This document shows, in pieces, positions 17,268-26,913 of a DNA stretch of 64,000 bases (the first letter of the stretch is position 1; each line of letters opens with the position of its first letter). The notes below the pieces were generated by a model that was given only the letters and a program-made list of their open reading frames with translations, did no database searches and was not told where the DNA came from. The translations under genes were made by a program, and so were the position numbers. Source of the stretch: Oscillospiraceae bacterium (GTDB lineage: Bacteria > Bacillota > Clostridia > Oscillospirales > Oscillospiraceae); assembly GCA_022797115.1 (NCBI GenBank), contig JAAWKB010000003.1, positions 3 through 64,002 of the forward strand, given 5' to 3'.

Positions 17268-19424
17268 TCACGATGCGGCCTGCTTGATGGACAGGGAGAT
17301 GCGTTTCTTCTTCTCGTCCACCTCCAGGACCACCACCTTGACAATATCCCCCACAGCTAACGCCTCGGAGGGGTGCTTGAGGAATTTGTCGCTGATCTGG
17401 GAGATGTGGACCAGCCCGTCCTGGTGGACGCCGATATCCACAAATACGCCGAAGTCGATGACGTTGCGCACAGTCCCGGTCAGCACCATCCCCGGCTGCA
17501 GGTCCTTGATCTCCAGCACGTCAGTGCGCAATAGCGGCGGGGGCAGCTCGTCACGGGGGTCGCGGCCCGGCTTTTGCAGCTCCTTGGCCACGTCCAGCAG
17601 CGTGGGCACGCCTACGCCGCAGTCCGCCGCCGCCCGCTCCACCCCCAGATCCCGGAGCCTGGCATCCAGATCTCCCAGCCGCCGGGCGGCCACGTCCGCC
17701 ATGGTGTGGCCGGTGAGGGCAAGCAGCTTCTCCGCCGCCTGGTAGCTCTCCGGGTGGACGGCGGTGTTGTCCAGCACCGCCTGGCTCTCCGGCACCCGCA
17801 GGAATCCAGCGCACTGCTCAAATGCCTTGGGCCCCAGCTTGGGGACCTTCAGGATCTGCTTGCGGGAGGTAAACATGCCGTTTTCATCCCGGTATTTCAC
17901 AACATTTTTCGCAGTGGCGGCGGTCAGCCCCGCCACCCGGCCCAGCAGGGAGGGGGAGGCGGTGTTCACATCCACGCCCACTGAGTTGACGCAGTCCTCC
18001 ACCACGCCCGCGAGAGCCTCGTCCAGCCGCTTGGGGGGCATGTCGTGCTGGTACTGCCCCACGCCGATGGCCTTGGGATCGATCTTCACCAGCTCCGCCA
18101 GGGGGTCCTGGAGCCGCCGGGCAATGGAAACGGCAGAGCGCAGGTTCACGTCGAACTGGGGGAACTCCTCCGCGGCCAGCTTGGAGGCGGAGTAGACGGA
18201 GGCCCCCGCCTCATTGACGATCATGTAGCTGACGCCGCCCCCCACCTGCCGCAGCAGCTCCACCGTCATCTGCTCGGTCTCCCGGGAGGCGGTGCCGTTG
18301 CCGATGGCGATGTGGGTGACGCCGTGGCGGCGGATGAGCCCCGCCAGGGTCTCGATACAGGCGGCCTTCTGCCGCTCGCCGTGGGTGGGGTAGACCACGG
18401 TGGTATCCAGCACCTTCCCGGTGCCGTCCACTACCGCCACCTTGCAGCCCATGCGGTAGCCGGGGTCCAGCCCCATGGTGACATGGCCCTTGACCGGCGG
18501 CTGCATCAGCAGGGGACGCAGGTTCAGGGCGAAGTTGTGGATGGCCCCCTCGCTGGCGGTCTCGGTGAGATGGGCGCGGATCTCCCGCTCCAGGGAGGGG
18601 TAGAGCAGCCGGTCATAGGAGTCCTCAGCGGCGGCCTTGATGAATTCCATAGCCGGGGAGCCCGGCTTGACCACCGCCCGGCGCAGCAGGGGCAGGGCCA
18701 GCTCCCGGTCAGTCACCACAGTGGCCCGCAGCGCCCCCTCCCGCTCCCCGCGGTTGATGGCCAGGATCTGGTGGCCCTGGAGCCGGGGGACGGACTGACA
18801 GAAGTCGTAATACAGCCGGTAGACCGTATCCTCCTCTGTTGCGGCCTTGGACACCAGCTGGCCCCGCTTCAGCATCAGCTCCCGCAGGCTCTTGCGGATG
18901 GCGGCGTTGTCGGAGATATCCTCAGCGATGATGTCGTTGGCGCCCTGGAGGGCGTCGGCCACGGTCTCCACGCCCTTGTCCGGGTCGAGATACCCGGCGG
19001 CGGCCTCCTGGGGGTCGGGGCAATCCCGCTCCTGGGCGAAGAGCAGCGCCGCCAGGGGCTCCAGCCCACGCTCCCGGGCCACCGTGGCGCGGGTGCGGCG
19101 CTTCTGCTTGTAGGGCCGGTACAGATCCTCCACCTCCGCCAGGGTGGCGGCGGCGTCAATGGCGGCGGCCAGCTCATCCGTCAGCTTGCCCTGGTTCTCG
19201 ATGGCCCCCTTGACCTCGTCCCGCCGCTTCTCCAGGCCCCGCAGGTATTGCAGCCGGTCCTCCAGTGCGCGCAGGGAGGTGTCGTCCATGGAGCCGTGGA
19301 GCTCCTTGCGGTAGCGGGCGATAAAGGGGATGGTATTGCCCTCATCCAGCAGGGTGACGACGTTCTGGACATGGGCCTCGCTCTGGCCCAGCTCCTGGGC
19401 CAAAATTTTGATGATGGTTTCCAT
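17268..19424 (-). CDS. tex: Tex-like transcription accessory protein (S1 RNA-binding)
   Basis: N-terminus IPFIARYRKE; YqgF and HhH regions; C-terminal S1 domain GMVLTGTVRNVIDFGVFVDIGVHQDGLVHISQ. Confidence 0.92.
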   Translation of the reverse strand: METIIKILAQELGQSEAHVQNVVTLLDEGNTIPFIARYRKELHGSMDDTSLRALEDRLQYLRGLEKRRDEVKGAIENQGKLTDELAAAIDAAATLAEVEDLYRPYKQKRRTRATVARERGLEPLAALLFAQERDCPDPQEAAAGYLDPDKGVETVADALQGANDIIAEDISDNAAIRKSLRELMLKRGQLVSKAATEEDTVYRLYYDFCQSVPRLQGHQILAINRGEREGALRATVVTDRELALPLLRRAVVKPGSPAMEFIKAAAEDSYDRLLYPSLEREIRAHLTETASEGAIHNFALNLRPLLMQPPVKGHVTMGLDPGYRMGCKVAVVDGTGKVLDTTVVYPTHGERQKAACIETLAGLIRRHGVTHIAIGNGTASRETEQMTVELLRQVGGGVSYMIVNEAGASVYSASKLAAEEFPQFDVNLRSAVSIARRLQDPLAELVKIDPKAIGVGQYQHDMPPKRLDEALAGVVEDCVNSVGVDVNTASPSLLGRVAGLTAATAKNVVKYRDENGMFTSRKQILKVPKLGPKAFEQCAGFLRVPESQAVLDNTAVHPESYQAAEKLLALTGHTMADVAARRLGDLDARLRDLGVERAAADCGVGVPTLLDVAKELQKPGRDPRDELPPPLLRTDVLEIKDLQPGMVLTGTVRNVIDFGVFVDIGVHQDGLVHISQISDKFLKHPSEALAVGDIVKVVVLEVDEKKKRISLSIKQAAS

Positions 19425-19442
19425 GGGAGTCTGATCCTCCGG

Positions 19443-19988
19443 TTATTCGCCGCATACGTTGACCTGGCACGTCCGCATAGCGGCCAGGGCATTGCGATGG
19501 CTGTCCGGATTGACACCTGCGCAGCAGGAGGCGTCCACGCTGATGAGGACGTCAGGCAGGAAGGTTTTGAGCACCAGCGCATTGGAGATCACGCAGATGT
19601 CCGTACACAGGCCCACCAGCATGATTTCCTCCACGCCCTCCTCCTGGTGGCGTTTTGCCAGCACCTCCGCCAGGTCCCGGCTGCCAAAGGTGGATTTGGT
19701 GAGGTAGAGGGTGCTCTCATCCCGCCCCGCTGCTGCCGAGAGGGCGGCGCGCACAGCCGGCGCGATGTGCCAGCCGTTGGTGCCCTGGATGCAGTGCTCC
19801 ACAGGGAGGATGCGGCCCTCCTGGGTTTGCAGGTAGTCAGGGAAATGGGTATCCTGGGTGGCATAGACCGGACCGGTCCAGGACAGGATCTTCTCCGCCA
19901 CCTTCGGCACGATGGCAGCTGCCTCCGGCGTGCCCAGAGGGCCGTAGATAAAGTCGTTCTGCATGTCGATAACTACTAATATTTTCAT
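19443..19988 (-). CDS. isochorismatase-family cysteine hydrolase (nicotinamidase-like)
   Basis: ORF 19443..20594. Start set at MKILVVIDMQNDF (19988, RBS ggagg); catalytic Cys context LVGLCTDICV. Confidence 0.85.
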   Translation of the reverse strand: MKILVVIDMQNDFIYGPLGTPEAAAIVPKVAEKILSWTGPVYATQDTHFPDYLQTQEGRILPVEHCIQGTNGWHIAPAVRAALSAAAGRDESTLYLTKSTFGSRDLAEVLAKRHQEEGVEEIMLVGLCTDICVISNALVLKTFLPDVLISVDASCCAGVNPDSHRNALAAMRTCQVNVCGE

Positions 19989-20000
19989 ATAGACCTCCAC

Positions 20001-20046
20001 GGTAATCATTCTTTTTCTTGAAAGAAAAAGAATCAAAAAGAACTTT
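20001..20046 (-). repeat. solo A5/T5-stem hairpin element abutting the RBS (copy 1)
   Basis: ggtaatcattctttttcttgaaagaaaaagaatcaaaaagaacttt. 43/46 identical to the reverse complement of 53035-53080; same architecture as the MITE arms at 37771-37809. Confidence 0.7.
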
Positions 20047-20126
20047 TCAGGGAATCGGTCGATATCCTGTTGCAGTTGGCAGGTGCGATGTGATAGGATG
20101 GGACAAAAAGAAAGGGGCGTATCGGC

Positions 20127-20930
20127 ATGGGAAAAAATATTCTGGTATTGGGCGCCAGCGGGACTGCCGGTTCGGCGATATTCTGGCGGCTCTCCCGCTG
20201 TACCGGCTGGACGGTAACAGGAACCTGCTGCACGGCAAGGCCGGAGGGGAGGGCCATGGTCCGCTTTTCCCTGGAGCAGCCCGCCTCCATTTGCTCTCTG
20301 CTGGAGACGGTCCGCCCTGCGCTTGTCGTTTCCGCTCTGCGGGGAGATTTCGAGAAGCAGCTGGCCGCCCACGCCCTCGCTGCGGACTATCTGCGGGAAC
20401 ACGGCGGGAAACTGATCTATCTCTCCACCGCAAACGTGTTTGACGCCCATATGGAGCGGCCCCACTACGAGACAGATCCCCGTGCATCCGCCAGCACCTA
20501 TGGCGAATTTAAAATCCAGTGTGAGGATCTGCTGCAAAGCCGCCTGGGGAGCCGGGCGGTCATCCTCCGGCTCCCCTTCGTCTGGGGAAAGCACTCGCCG
20601 CGGATGCAGGCGGTGCAGGCCGGGTGCAGAGCGGGAGAGCTGGAGGTGTACACCGGCTTATCCAGCAACCATGCTGCGGATGTGCAGATTGCGGAGTGGG
20701 TTGAATGGATCATCCGGGAGGATCAGGGCGGGGTTTTCCACGTCGGGACGACGGATGTGGTCCCCTACCAGGTATTCCTGGAGCGGCTGATTGCGGCGGC
20801 GGGCATGAAGCCGCCCCGGCTGGTTCAGCAGGAGTCACCGGGCATCCTGGCCGTGTTGAGCAGCCGCACGGATCTGCCGGCATCCCTCTCATGGGACAGC
20901 GGGCAGCTGGTGCGCTGCCTCTGCCGCTGA
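20127..20930 (+). CDS. NAD(P)-binding SDR / RmlD-like sugar-nucleotide reductase family protein
   Basis: N-terminal ILVLGASGTAGSA Rossmann motif; YGEFK catalytic-type motif; 267 aa. Confidence 0.7.
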   Translation: MGKNILVLGASGTAGSAIFWRLSRCTGWTVTGTCCTARPEGRAMVRFSLEQPASICSLLETVRPALVVSALRGDFEKQLAAHALAADYLREHGGKLIYLSTANVFDAHMERPHYETDPRASASTYGEFKIQCEDLLQSRLGSRAVILRLPFVWGKHSPRMQAVQAGCRAGELEVYTGLSSNHAADVQIAEWVEWIIREDQGGVFHVGTTDVVPYQVFLERLIAAAGMKPPRLVQQESPGILAVLSSRTDLPASLSWDSGQLVRCLCR

Positions 20931-20936
20931 CGGCGG

Positions 20937-21512
20937 TCAGGGCCGGTATTCCTTCTCCACATGGACGTGCTCCGTCTCAGACAGCAGTGCAGTCCCCTCG
21001 AAATCCAGCTCCACGATATAGGGCATCCAGTTGATAATCCGCATGAAATCATCACAGCCGAAGCTGGGGTCGAAATGGTTTAAGATCGTACTCAGGGCGG
21101 TGCCATGGGTGCCGATGACGAGGGTTTTGCCCGGGTTGGCGGTCAGGATGTCCGTCAGGGCGGCGATGTTCCGCGACTGGACGGACCGCAGGCACTCCCC
21201 GCCGGGCTCGTGCCAGCCGAAGTCAGACCACCGCTTCTGGAACAGCTCCAGGCAGTTGCCGCCAGGGGCGGCCGCCCGCTCCCGGAGACGCTCGTCCGTA
21301 TGGATGGGCAGGCCAAAATAGTCCGCCGCCTCCTGGATGGTGTCCATGCTCCGCCGGTAGGGGCTGCAATAGAAGGCATCCACAGGCTTGTCCCGCAGGA
21401 AAGCCAGGACCACCCTCCGGTCCTCCAGGGCCTCTGCGGTCAGGCCCCGCTCCCGGTCGGGGCCGCTGCGCCAGTCCGACTGGGCGTGGCGGACAAAGTA
21501 TATTTTTGTCAT
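20937..21512 (-). CDS. histidine phosphatase family protein (phosphoglycerate mutase-like)
   Basis: IYFVRHAQSDW (RHG motif) and GTHGTALS. Confidence 0.85.
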   Translation of the reverse strand: MTKIYFVRHAQSDWRSGPDRERGLTAEALEDRRVVLAFLRDKPVDAFYCSPYRRSMDTIQEAADYFGLPIHTDERLRERAAAPGGNCLELFQKRWSDFGWHEPGGECLRSVQSRNIAALTDILTANPGKTLVIGTHGTALSTILNHFDPSFGCDDFMRIINWMPYIVELDFEGTALLSETEHVHVEKEYRP

Positions 21513-21527
21513 AAAATGCGCTCCTGA

Positions 21528-23012
21528 TTACTTGTGGTATAGCCGCTGGCGCTCATATTTGGCCTCATAGCTGACATGCATCCCCAGGCGGCGGTAGAGC
21601 TTCTCGTCCACATCGCTGAGGATCACCGTGAAATGGGCCCCGCTCCCCTTCAGGCCCGGGAGCTGCCGCTGGGCCAGGGCGGCGATGGGGTTGGTCAGGG
21701 CGCTTACGCATAGGGCGATGAGGACCTCGTCGCTGTGAAGGCGGGGGTTCTTGTTGCCAAGGCTCCCTGTTTTCAGCCGGCAGATGGGCTCCAGCACCTG
21801 GGTGGAGATGAGGTCAAGGTCCTGGTCGATCCCCCCCAGGGCCTTGAGGGCGTTGAGCAGCAGGGAGGCGGAGGCCCCCAGCAAATCGCTGGTCTTGCCG
21901 GTAATGACCTGGCCGTCCGGCAGCACGATAGCTCCGGCAGGGGCCCCGGTGGATTCCTCCTTCTCCAGGGCGGCGGCCACGGCGGGGAAGATGGCCGGCG
22001 TCACCTCCGCCCGCTTCATCAGCAGCTCCAGCTTATAGACCACCTCTTCACTGACCGTGCCCCGCAGGCGGCCGGTCAGGGCGGTGTAGTAGCGGCGCAG
22101 GATCTCCATGTGGGACGCCTCCCGGCAGGCCGCGTCGTCGACGATGCAGCTGCCCACCATATTCACCCCCATGTCCGTGGGGGACTTGTAGGGGCACTCC
22201 CCCAGGATGGACTCGAAGATGGTGCGCAGGACGGGGAATATCTCTACATCCCGGTTGTAGTTGACCGTGGTCACACCGTAGGCGTCCAGATGGAAGGGGT
22301 CGATCATATTCACATCGCTCAGGTCCGCAGTGGCGGCCTCATAGGCCAGGTTCACCGGATGCTTGAGGGGCAGGTCCCAGACCGGGAAGGTCTCGAACTT
22401 GGCGTAGCCCGCCTTCCGGCCCAGCTTGTGCTCATGGTAGAGCTGGCTGAGGCAGGCGGCCATCTTGCCGCTGCCGGGGCCGGGGGCGGTGACTACCACC
22501 AGGGGGCGGCTGGTCTCGATATAGTCGTTGCGGCCGTACCCCTCGTCGCTGACGATCCGTTTTACGTTGTGGGGATAGCCGTCGATGGGGTAGTGGCGGA
22601 AGGAGCGTACCCCCAGCTCCGCCAGGCGCCGGAGGAAAGCGTCCGCCGCGGCCTGGCCGCTGTACTGTGTGACGACCACGCTGCCAACATACAGATCCAT
22701 GCTGCGGAACTCATCGATCAACCGCAGCACATCCTCCTCGTAGGGGATGCCCAGATCCCCCCGCACCTTGTTCTTCTCAATGTCCCTGGCGCAGATGGCC
22801 ACCACAATCTCCACATCGTCCCGGAGCTGCTGGAGCATCCTGACCTTGCTGTCCGGCTCGAACCCGGGCAGCACCCGGGAGGCGTGGTAGTCGTCGAAGA
22901 GCTTGCCGCCGAACTCCAGGTAGAGCTTGCCGCCGAACTGGCCGATCCGATCGCGGATGCGGGCGGACTGGGTCTCAAGATAGTGCTGGTTGTCAAATCC
23001 GATCCGAAACAT
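21528..23012 (-). CDS. DUF1846 (UPF0371) family protein
   Basis: MFRIGFDNQHYLETQSARIRDRI...KLYLEFGGKLFDDYHASRVLPGFEPD matches the conserved N-terminus of this family. Confidence 0.8.
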   Translation of the reverse strand: MFRIGFDNQHYLETQSARIRDRIGQFGGKLYLEFGGKLFDDYHASRVLPGFEPDSKVRMLQQLRDDVEIVVAICARDIEKNKVRGDLGIPYEEDVLRLIDEFRSMDLYVGSVVVTQYSGQAAADAFLRRLAELGVRSFRHYPIDGYPHNVKRIVSDEGYGRNDYIETSRPLVVVTAPGPGSGKMAACLSQLYHEHKLGRKAGYAKFETFPVWDLPLKHPVNLAYEAATADLSDVNMIDPFHLDAYGVTTVNYNRDVEIFPVLRTIFESILGECPYKSPTDMGVNMVGSCIVDDAACREASHMEILRRYYTALTGRLRGTVSEEVVYKLELLMKRAEVTPAIFPAVAAALEKEESTGAPAGAIVLPDGQVITGKTSDLLGASASLLLNALKALGGIDQDLDLISTQVLEPICRLKTGSLGNKNPRLHSDEVLIALCVSALTNPIAALAQRQLPGLKGSGAHFTVILSDVDEKLYRRLGMHVSYEAKYERQRLYHK

Positions 23013-23144
23013 AACGTGCCTCCCCCATATTCAACACACAATTTAGCGCACGGATGCCCGTGCGTTTATGTCGGGATACATAGAGTATATCAGGTTCCCG
23101 CGCCAAGCCGTAAGCGCGCGGGTGAAAAGCGGCGCCCCGGCGGG

Positions 23145-24881
23145 CTATTTCTCCGCCAGGGCCTTGACCAGCGCCTCGTCCGGCGTGACATAGGCGGTCT
23201 GATAGGGGTCATAGACCACCATGCCCGGGCGTGCGCCGCCCGGCTTTTTCACGTTGCGGACCTGGGTGTAATCCACAGCCACCTGCCCGCCCGCCCGGCC
23301 CTGGGAGAACCAGGCGGCCAGCATGGCGGCCTCGGTCATGGACTGCCTGTCCGGCTCCGCGCCCTCGCAGCAGAGGATGACGTGGGAGCCGTGGATGCGC
23401 TGGGTGTGGAACCAGTAGTCGGATTTGAAGGCGTCCCGGGTCAGCTGGTCGTTCTGGGTGTTGCTGCGGCCGACCAGGATGCGCAGGCCCCCGCTGGAGC
23501 GGAAGGCGCGGGGCTTGGAGGGAGCCCGGCGGGGCTCCTTTTTGCCCGGGGCCGCCCCCTTGAGGAGCCCCGCCTCCCGCAGCTCCCGGCGGATATCGGC
23601 AAAATCCTGCTCTGTTTCCGCCCGGCTCAGCTCGTCCAACACGCTCTCCAGCCAGTCCCGCTCCCGGCGGGCAATGGCCATCTGGCTGGACAAATAGCCC
23701 TCCGCCGTCTTGGCCTTGTGGTACTGCTTGAAGTAGCGGGCTGCATTCTGCTGGGGGGTGAGCAGGGGGTCCAAGGGGATGTCGGTCTCCAGGCAGTCCG
23801 GGTCGTAGTAGTTCTGGGCCCGCAGGACGGACTGGCCCCGCTCCATACGGTGGAGGTTGGCGGTGATCAGCTCCCCGCAGATGCGCAGGCGGTCCCGGTC
23901 CTGGGTCTGGGCGTACTCCTTCTCCTGGAGGGCCAGCTTCCGCCGGGCCCGGTCGCGGGCGTTGGAGGCGGCCCGCTGGAGGTCCTGCCCCCGCTGGCGG
24001 AGCCGCTCGGCCTGCTCCCTGGTCTCATAAAAGGCGTCCAGCATGGGGGAAAAGGCGTCCCACTCCTGGGCCTGGGCGCTGCTGCCGTATTGCAGCAGGG
24101 GGAGGTAGGAGAAATCGGCGGGCCTGCCGTCCCGCAGGAGCAGGCAGGGGCGGAACGCCTCCTCCCGCACCAGCTGCTGCCAGTCGAAAAAGGCGGCGCA
24201 CAGGGCCTCGCGGCCCTCCGGGGTGAGCAGCGTCCCCACACCCGCCCGGCAGGCGATCTCCCGGCAGGCCAGGGGGGAGAGGCCGAAAAAGGTGTCCAAA
24301 AGGAAACCGGCGGCCTCCTGCTCCGGGTTCGCCCCGGACAAAAGGCGGCGGAAGTCCGCCTCGCCTGCGGACAGGGGGTCCGCCTTCTCCTGGGCGGGGG
24401 GCAGGCGGTAGAAGAGCCCCGGCAGGACCTGCCGCTGTTCGCTCATCTCCAGGTCCACCCGGCGCAGGCAGTCGATGATCCGGCCCTGGCCGTCCAGGAG
24501 GATCAGGTTGGAGTGGCGGCCCATGCACTCCAGCACCAGCCGCCGCTGCCCCGGCTCCCCCAGCTCGTCCACCACGTCGATGGTCAGGATCACCACCCGC
24601 TCCAGGGCGGGCTGCTCCAGGCCGGACAGGCGGCCGCCGCCCAGGTGCTTGCGCAGGAGCATACAGAACATGGGCGGCGCGGCGGGGTTCTCCCGTGCAG
24701 CGCCGGTCAGGTGGATGCGGGCCTGGCTGGCCCCGGCGCACAGCAGCAGCCTCCTGCCGCCCCGCAGGCTCAGGATCACCAGATCCCGCGCGGGCTGCTG
24801 GACCTTCTCAATGCGCAGGCCCAAAACCGCCCCCCGCAGCTCCCGCACTACCCCGGACAGGCACACAGCGTCAAGTGGCAT
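23145..24881 (-). CDS. rqcH: ribosome quality-control NFACT protein (RqcH / FbpA-like)
   Basis: NFACT-N start MPLDAVCLSGVVRELRGAVLGLRIEKVQQP; coiled-coil middle; NFACT-R (DYWFHTQRIHGSHVIL). Confidence 0.88.
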   Translation of the reverse strand: MPLDAVCLSGVVRELRGAVLGLRIEKVQQPARDLVILSLRGGRRLLLCAGASQARIHLTGAARENPAAPPMFCMLLRKHLGGGRLSGLEQPALERVVILTIDVVDELGEPGQRRLVLECMGRHSNLILLDGQGRIIDCLRRVDLEMSEQRQVLPGLFYRLPPAQEKADPLSAGEADFRRLLSGANPEQEAAGFLLDTFFGLSPLACREIACRAGVGTLLTPEGREALCAAFFDWQQLVREEAFRPCLLLRDGRPADFSYLPLLQYGSSAQAQEWDAFSPMLDAFYETREQAERLRQRGQDLQRAASNARDRARRKLALQEKEYAQTQDRDRLRICGELITANLHRMERGQSVLRAQNYYDPDCLETDIPLDPLLTPQQNAARYFKQYHKAKTAEGYLSSQMAIARRERDWLESVLDELSRAETEQDFADIRRELREAGLLKGAAPGKKEPRRAPSKPRAFRSSGGLRILVGRSNTQNDQLTRDAFKSDYWFHTQRIHGSHVILCCEGAEPDRQSMTEAAMLAAWFSQGRAGGQVAVDYTQVRNVKKPGGARPGMVVYDPYQTAYVTPDEALVKALAEK

Positions 24882-25287
24882 ACTCTCCCTCCTCCATCAT
24901 CACAGCGAACAGTTGGCTGATCCGCTCCCGCTCCCCCCGCAGGTACAGATACCCCAGCAGGCACTCCAGGGCGGTGGCCTTTAAATAGTCCGACCTGCTG
25001 GCGTTGTGGGGGATGGTGTTGACATGGGCGTTGCGCCCCCGCTTGAATACGGCCAGCTCCTCCGCCGTCAGCAGCGGCAGGATGCGCCCGGCCCGCTCCG
25101 CCTGGGCCGGGGCCCGCACCAGCTCCACCGTGGCGCGGTGGAGCCCCTTCCCGGTGGCGCGGCCCTGCCCGCACAGCCAGGAGCGGACCAGAAGCTCATA
25201 AACCGCGTCCCCCAAATGGGCCAGGCCGATGCTGCTGATGGCGCGCAGCTGGTCCTCGTCCAGGCGCGGCGCAAAATAATCCTTCAT
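24871..25287 (-). CDS. mrnC: mini-ribonuclease III
   Basis: ORF 24871..25581. Start set at MKDYFAP (25287). LAHLGDAVYELLVR and FKRGRNAHVN motifs; overlaps the rqcH start by 11 nt. Confidence 0.85.
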   Translation of the reverse strand: MKDYFAPRLDEDQLRAISSIGLAHLGDAVYELLVRSWLCGQGRATGKGLHRATVELVRAPAQAERAGRILPLLTAEELAVFKRGRNAHVNTIPHNASRSDYLKATALECLLGYLYLRGERERISQLFAVMMEEGEYAT

Positions 25288-25477
25288 AGCGTATCTCCGT
25301 CCAGTGGACCGGCCCGGGGCGGATGCCTGCGGGCCATTTCCTCTATCATATAAGCGAAAGGCGGTTCTGTCAATGCTTTCCTTTCCGGGCCTGCGCGCCG
25401 GACGGGAGCCTGGAGAAAACATGCACGAATGGCACCGGGGCGGCGGTATTTTTGTGGATGTTTCTGACAGATTTGGC

Positions 25478-25506
25478 TTGCGATTTTGCAGGCGCGGTGC
25501 TATATT
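25478..25506 (+). promoter_or_regulatory. candidate SigA promoter of the antiporter gene
   Basis: TTGCGA (25478-25483), 17 nt spacer, TGcTATATT (-10 hexamer at 25501-25506), 50 nt upstream of the ATG. Confidence 0.5.
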
Positions 25507-25556
25507 ACCTCTGTTCGACTTTTTAGATCGCTTATATTCGCAAATGAGGTGTAACC

Positions 25557-26843
25557 ATGCAAATCCTGATTCAACTCGCACTCTCCCTGGTGGGCGGCCT
25601 TCTCATGTCCCGTCTGGCCAAGAAGCTGAACCTGCCCGCCGTTACCGCCTACCTGATCACGGGCCTTCTGCTGGGGCCCTACTGCATCGGTGCGCTGCAT
25701 CTGCCCGACCTGGGCTTCAGCAGCACTGCGGAGGTGGCCTCCCTGGACATTGTCTCCCAGGTGGCGCTGGGCTTCATCGCCTTTACCATCGGCAATGAGT
25801 TCCGCTTAGAGCAGCTCAAGCATATGGGCAAGCAGGCGATCACCGTGGGAATCCTCCAGGCGGTGATCACCACCGCCCTGGTAGACGCCGCCCTGGTGGC
25901 GCTCCATTTCATCAACCCCGCGCTGATCTCCATTTCCTCCGCCATCACCTTGGGCGCGATTGCCGCCGCCACTGCGCCGGCTGCCACGCTGATGGTGGTG
26001 CGCCAGTACAAGGCCGACGGCCCGCTGACCAAGCTGCTGCTGCTGGTGGTGGCGATTGACGACGCGGTGGGCCTGGTCCTGTTCTCCGCCTCCTTCGGGG
26101 TGGCTGTCGCCCTGGAGAGCGGGTCCATCAGCCTGCTGACGGTGCTGGTAGAGCCCCTGGTGGAGATCGCGCTGTCCCTGGGGCTGGGCGCTGCCGCCGG
26201 CTGGCTGCTGTTCCGGGTGGAAAAATATTTCTTCTCCCGCAGCAAGCGCCTGTCCATCTCCATCGGCTTTGTCCTGCTGACAGTGGGGCTGTCCATGATG
26301 GAATTTGAGGTTGCCGGAATCCATTGCGGGTTCAGCCTGCTGCTGGTGTGCATGATGACCGGGACCGTCTTCTGCAATATCTGCGACTTCTCCGAGGAGC
26401 TGATGGCCCGCGTGGACGGCTGGACCGCGCCGCTGTTCGTGCTGTTTTTCGTGCTCTCCGGCGCGGAGCTGAACTTGAAGATCCTGTCCAACCCGGTGGT
26501 GCTGCTGGTGGGGCTGGTCTACATCGTGTTCCGATCCCTGGGCAAGTATTCTGGCGCGTACTTCAGCTGTGCGGTTACCAAGTGCAGCGACAAGATCAAA
26601 AAGCATCTTGGCATCACGCTGCTGCCCCAGGCCGGCGTGGCGCTGGGCATGGCGCTGACCGCCCAGCAGCTGGCGGACGGCGAGGTGGTGCGCAGTGTGG
26701 TTCTCTTCTCCGTGCTGGTGTATGAGCTGGTCGGCCCGGCGCTGACCAAGCGGTCTCTGATCGCCGCCGGCGAGATCCAGATGGAGGGCAAGACCAACGC
26801 CCGCCAGCAGAACGCCCCCAAGGCGCCCATGGGCAGGCTGTAA
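25557..26843 (+). CDS. cation:proton antiporter (CPA2/Kef-type Na+/H+ exchanger family)
   Basis: LLMSRLAKKLNLPAVTAYLITGLLLGPY N-terminus; about 12 TM helices. Confidence 0.88.
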   Translation: MQILIQLALSLVGGLLMSRLAKKLNLPAVTAYLITGLLLGPYCIGALHLPDLGFSSTAEVASLDIVSQVALGFIAFTIGNEFRLEQLKHMGKQAITVGILQAVITTALVDAALVALHFINPALISISSAITLGAIAAATAPAATLMVVRQYKADGPLTKLLLLVVAIDDAVGLVLFSASFGVAVALESGSISLLTVLVEPLVEIALSLGLGAAAGWLLFRVEKYFFSRSKRLSISIGFVLLTVGLSMMEFEVAGIHCGFSLLLVCMMTGTVFCNICDFSEELMARVDGWTAPLFVLFFVLSGAELNLKILSNPVVLLVGLVYIVFRSLGKYSGAYFSCAVTKCSDKIKKHLGITLLPQAGVALGMALTAQQLADGEVVRSVVLFSVLVYELVGPALTKRSLIAAGEIQMEGKTNARQQNAPKAPMGRL

Positions 26844-26863
26844 TCCCCATTTTCTGATGATGA

Positions 26864-26904
26864 ATGTCCGGCATGGCTTGACCGCTATGCCGGACATCTT
26901 TTTT
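26864..26904 (+). terminator. rho-independent terminator
   Basis: atgtccggcat/12-nt loop/atgccggacat followed by cttttttcc. Confidence 0.75.
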
Positions 26905-26913
26905 CCAGGGATA

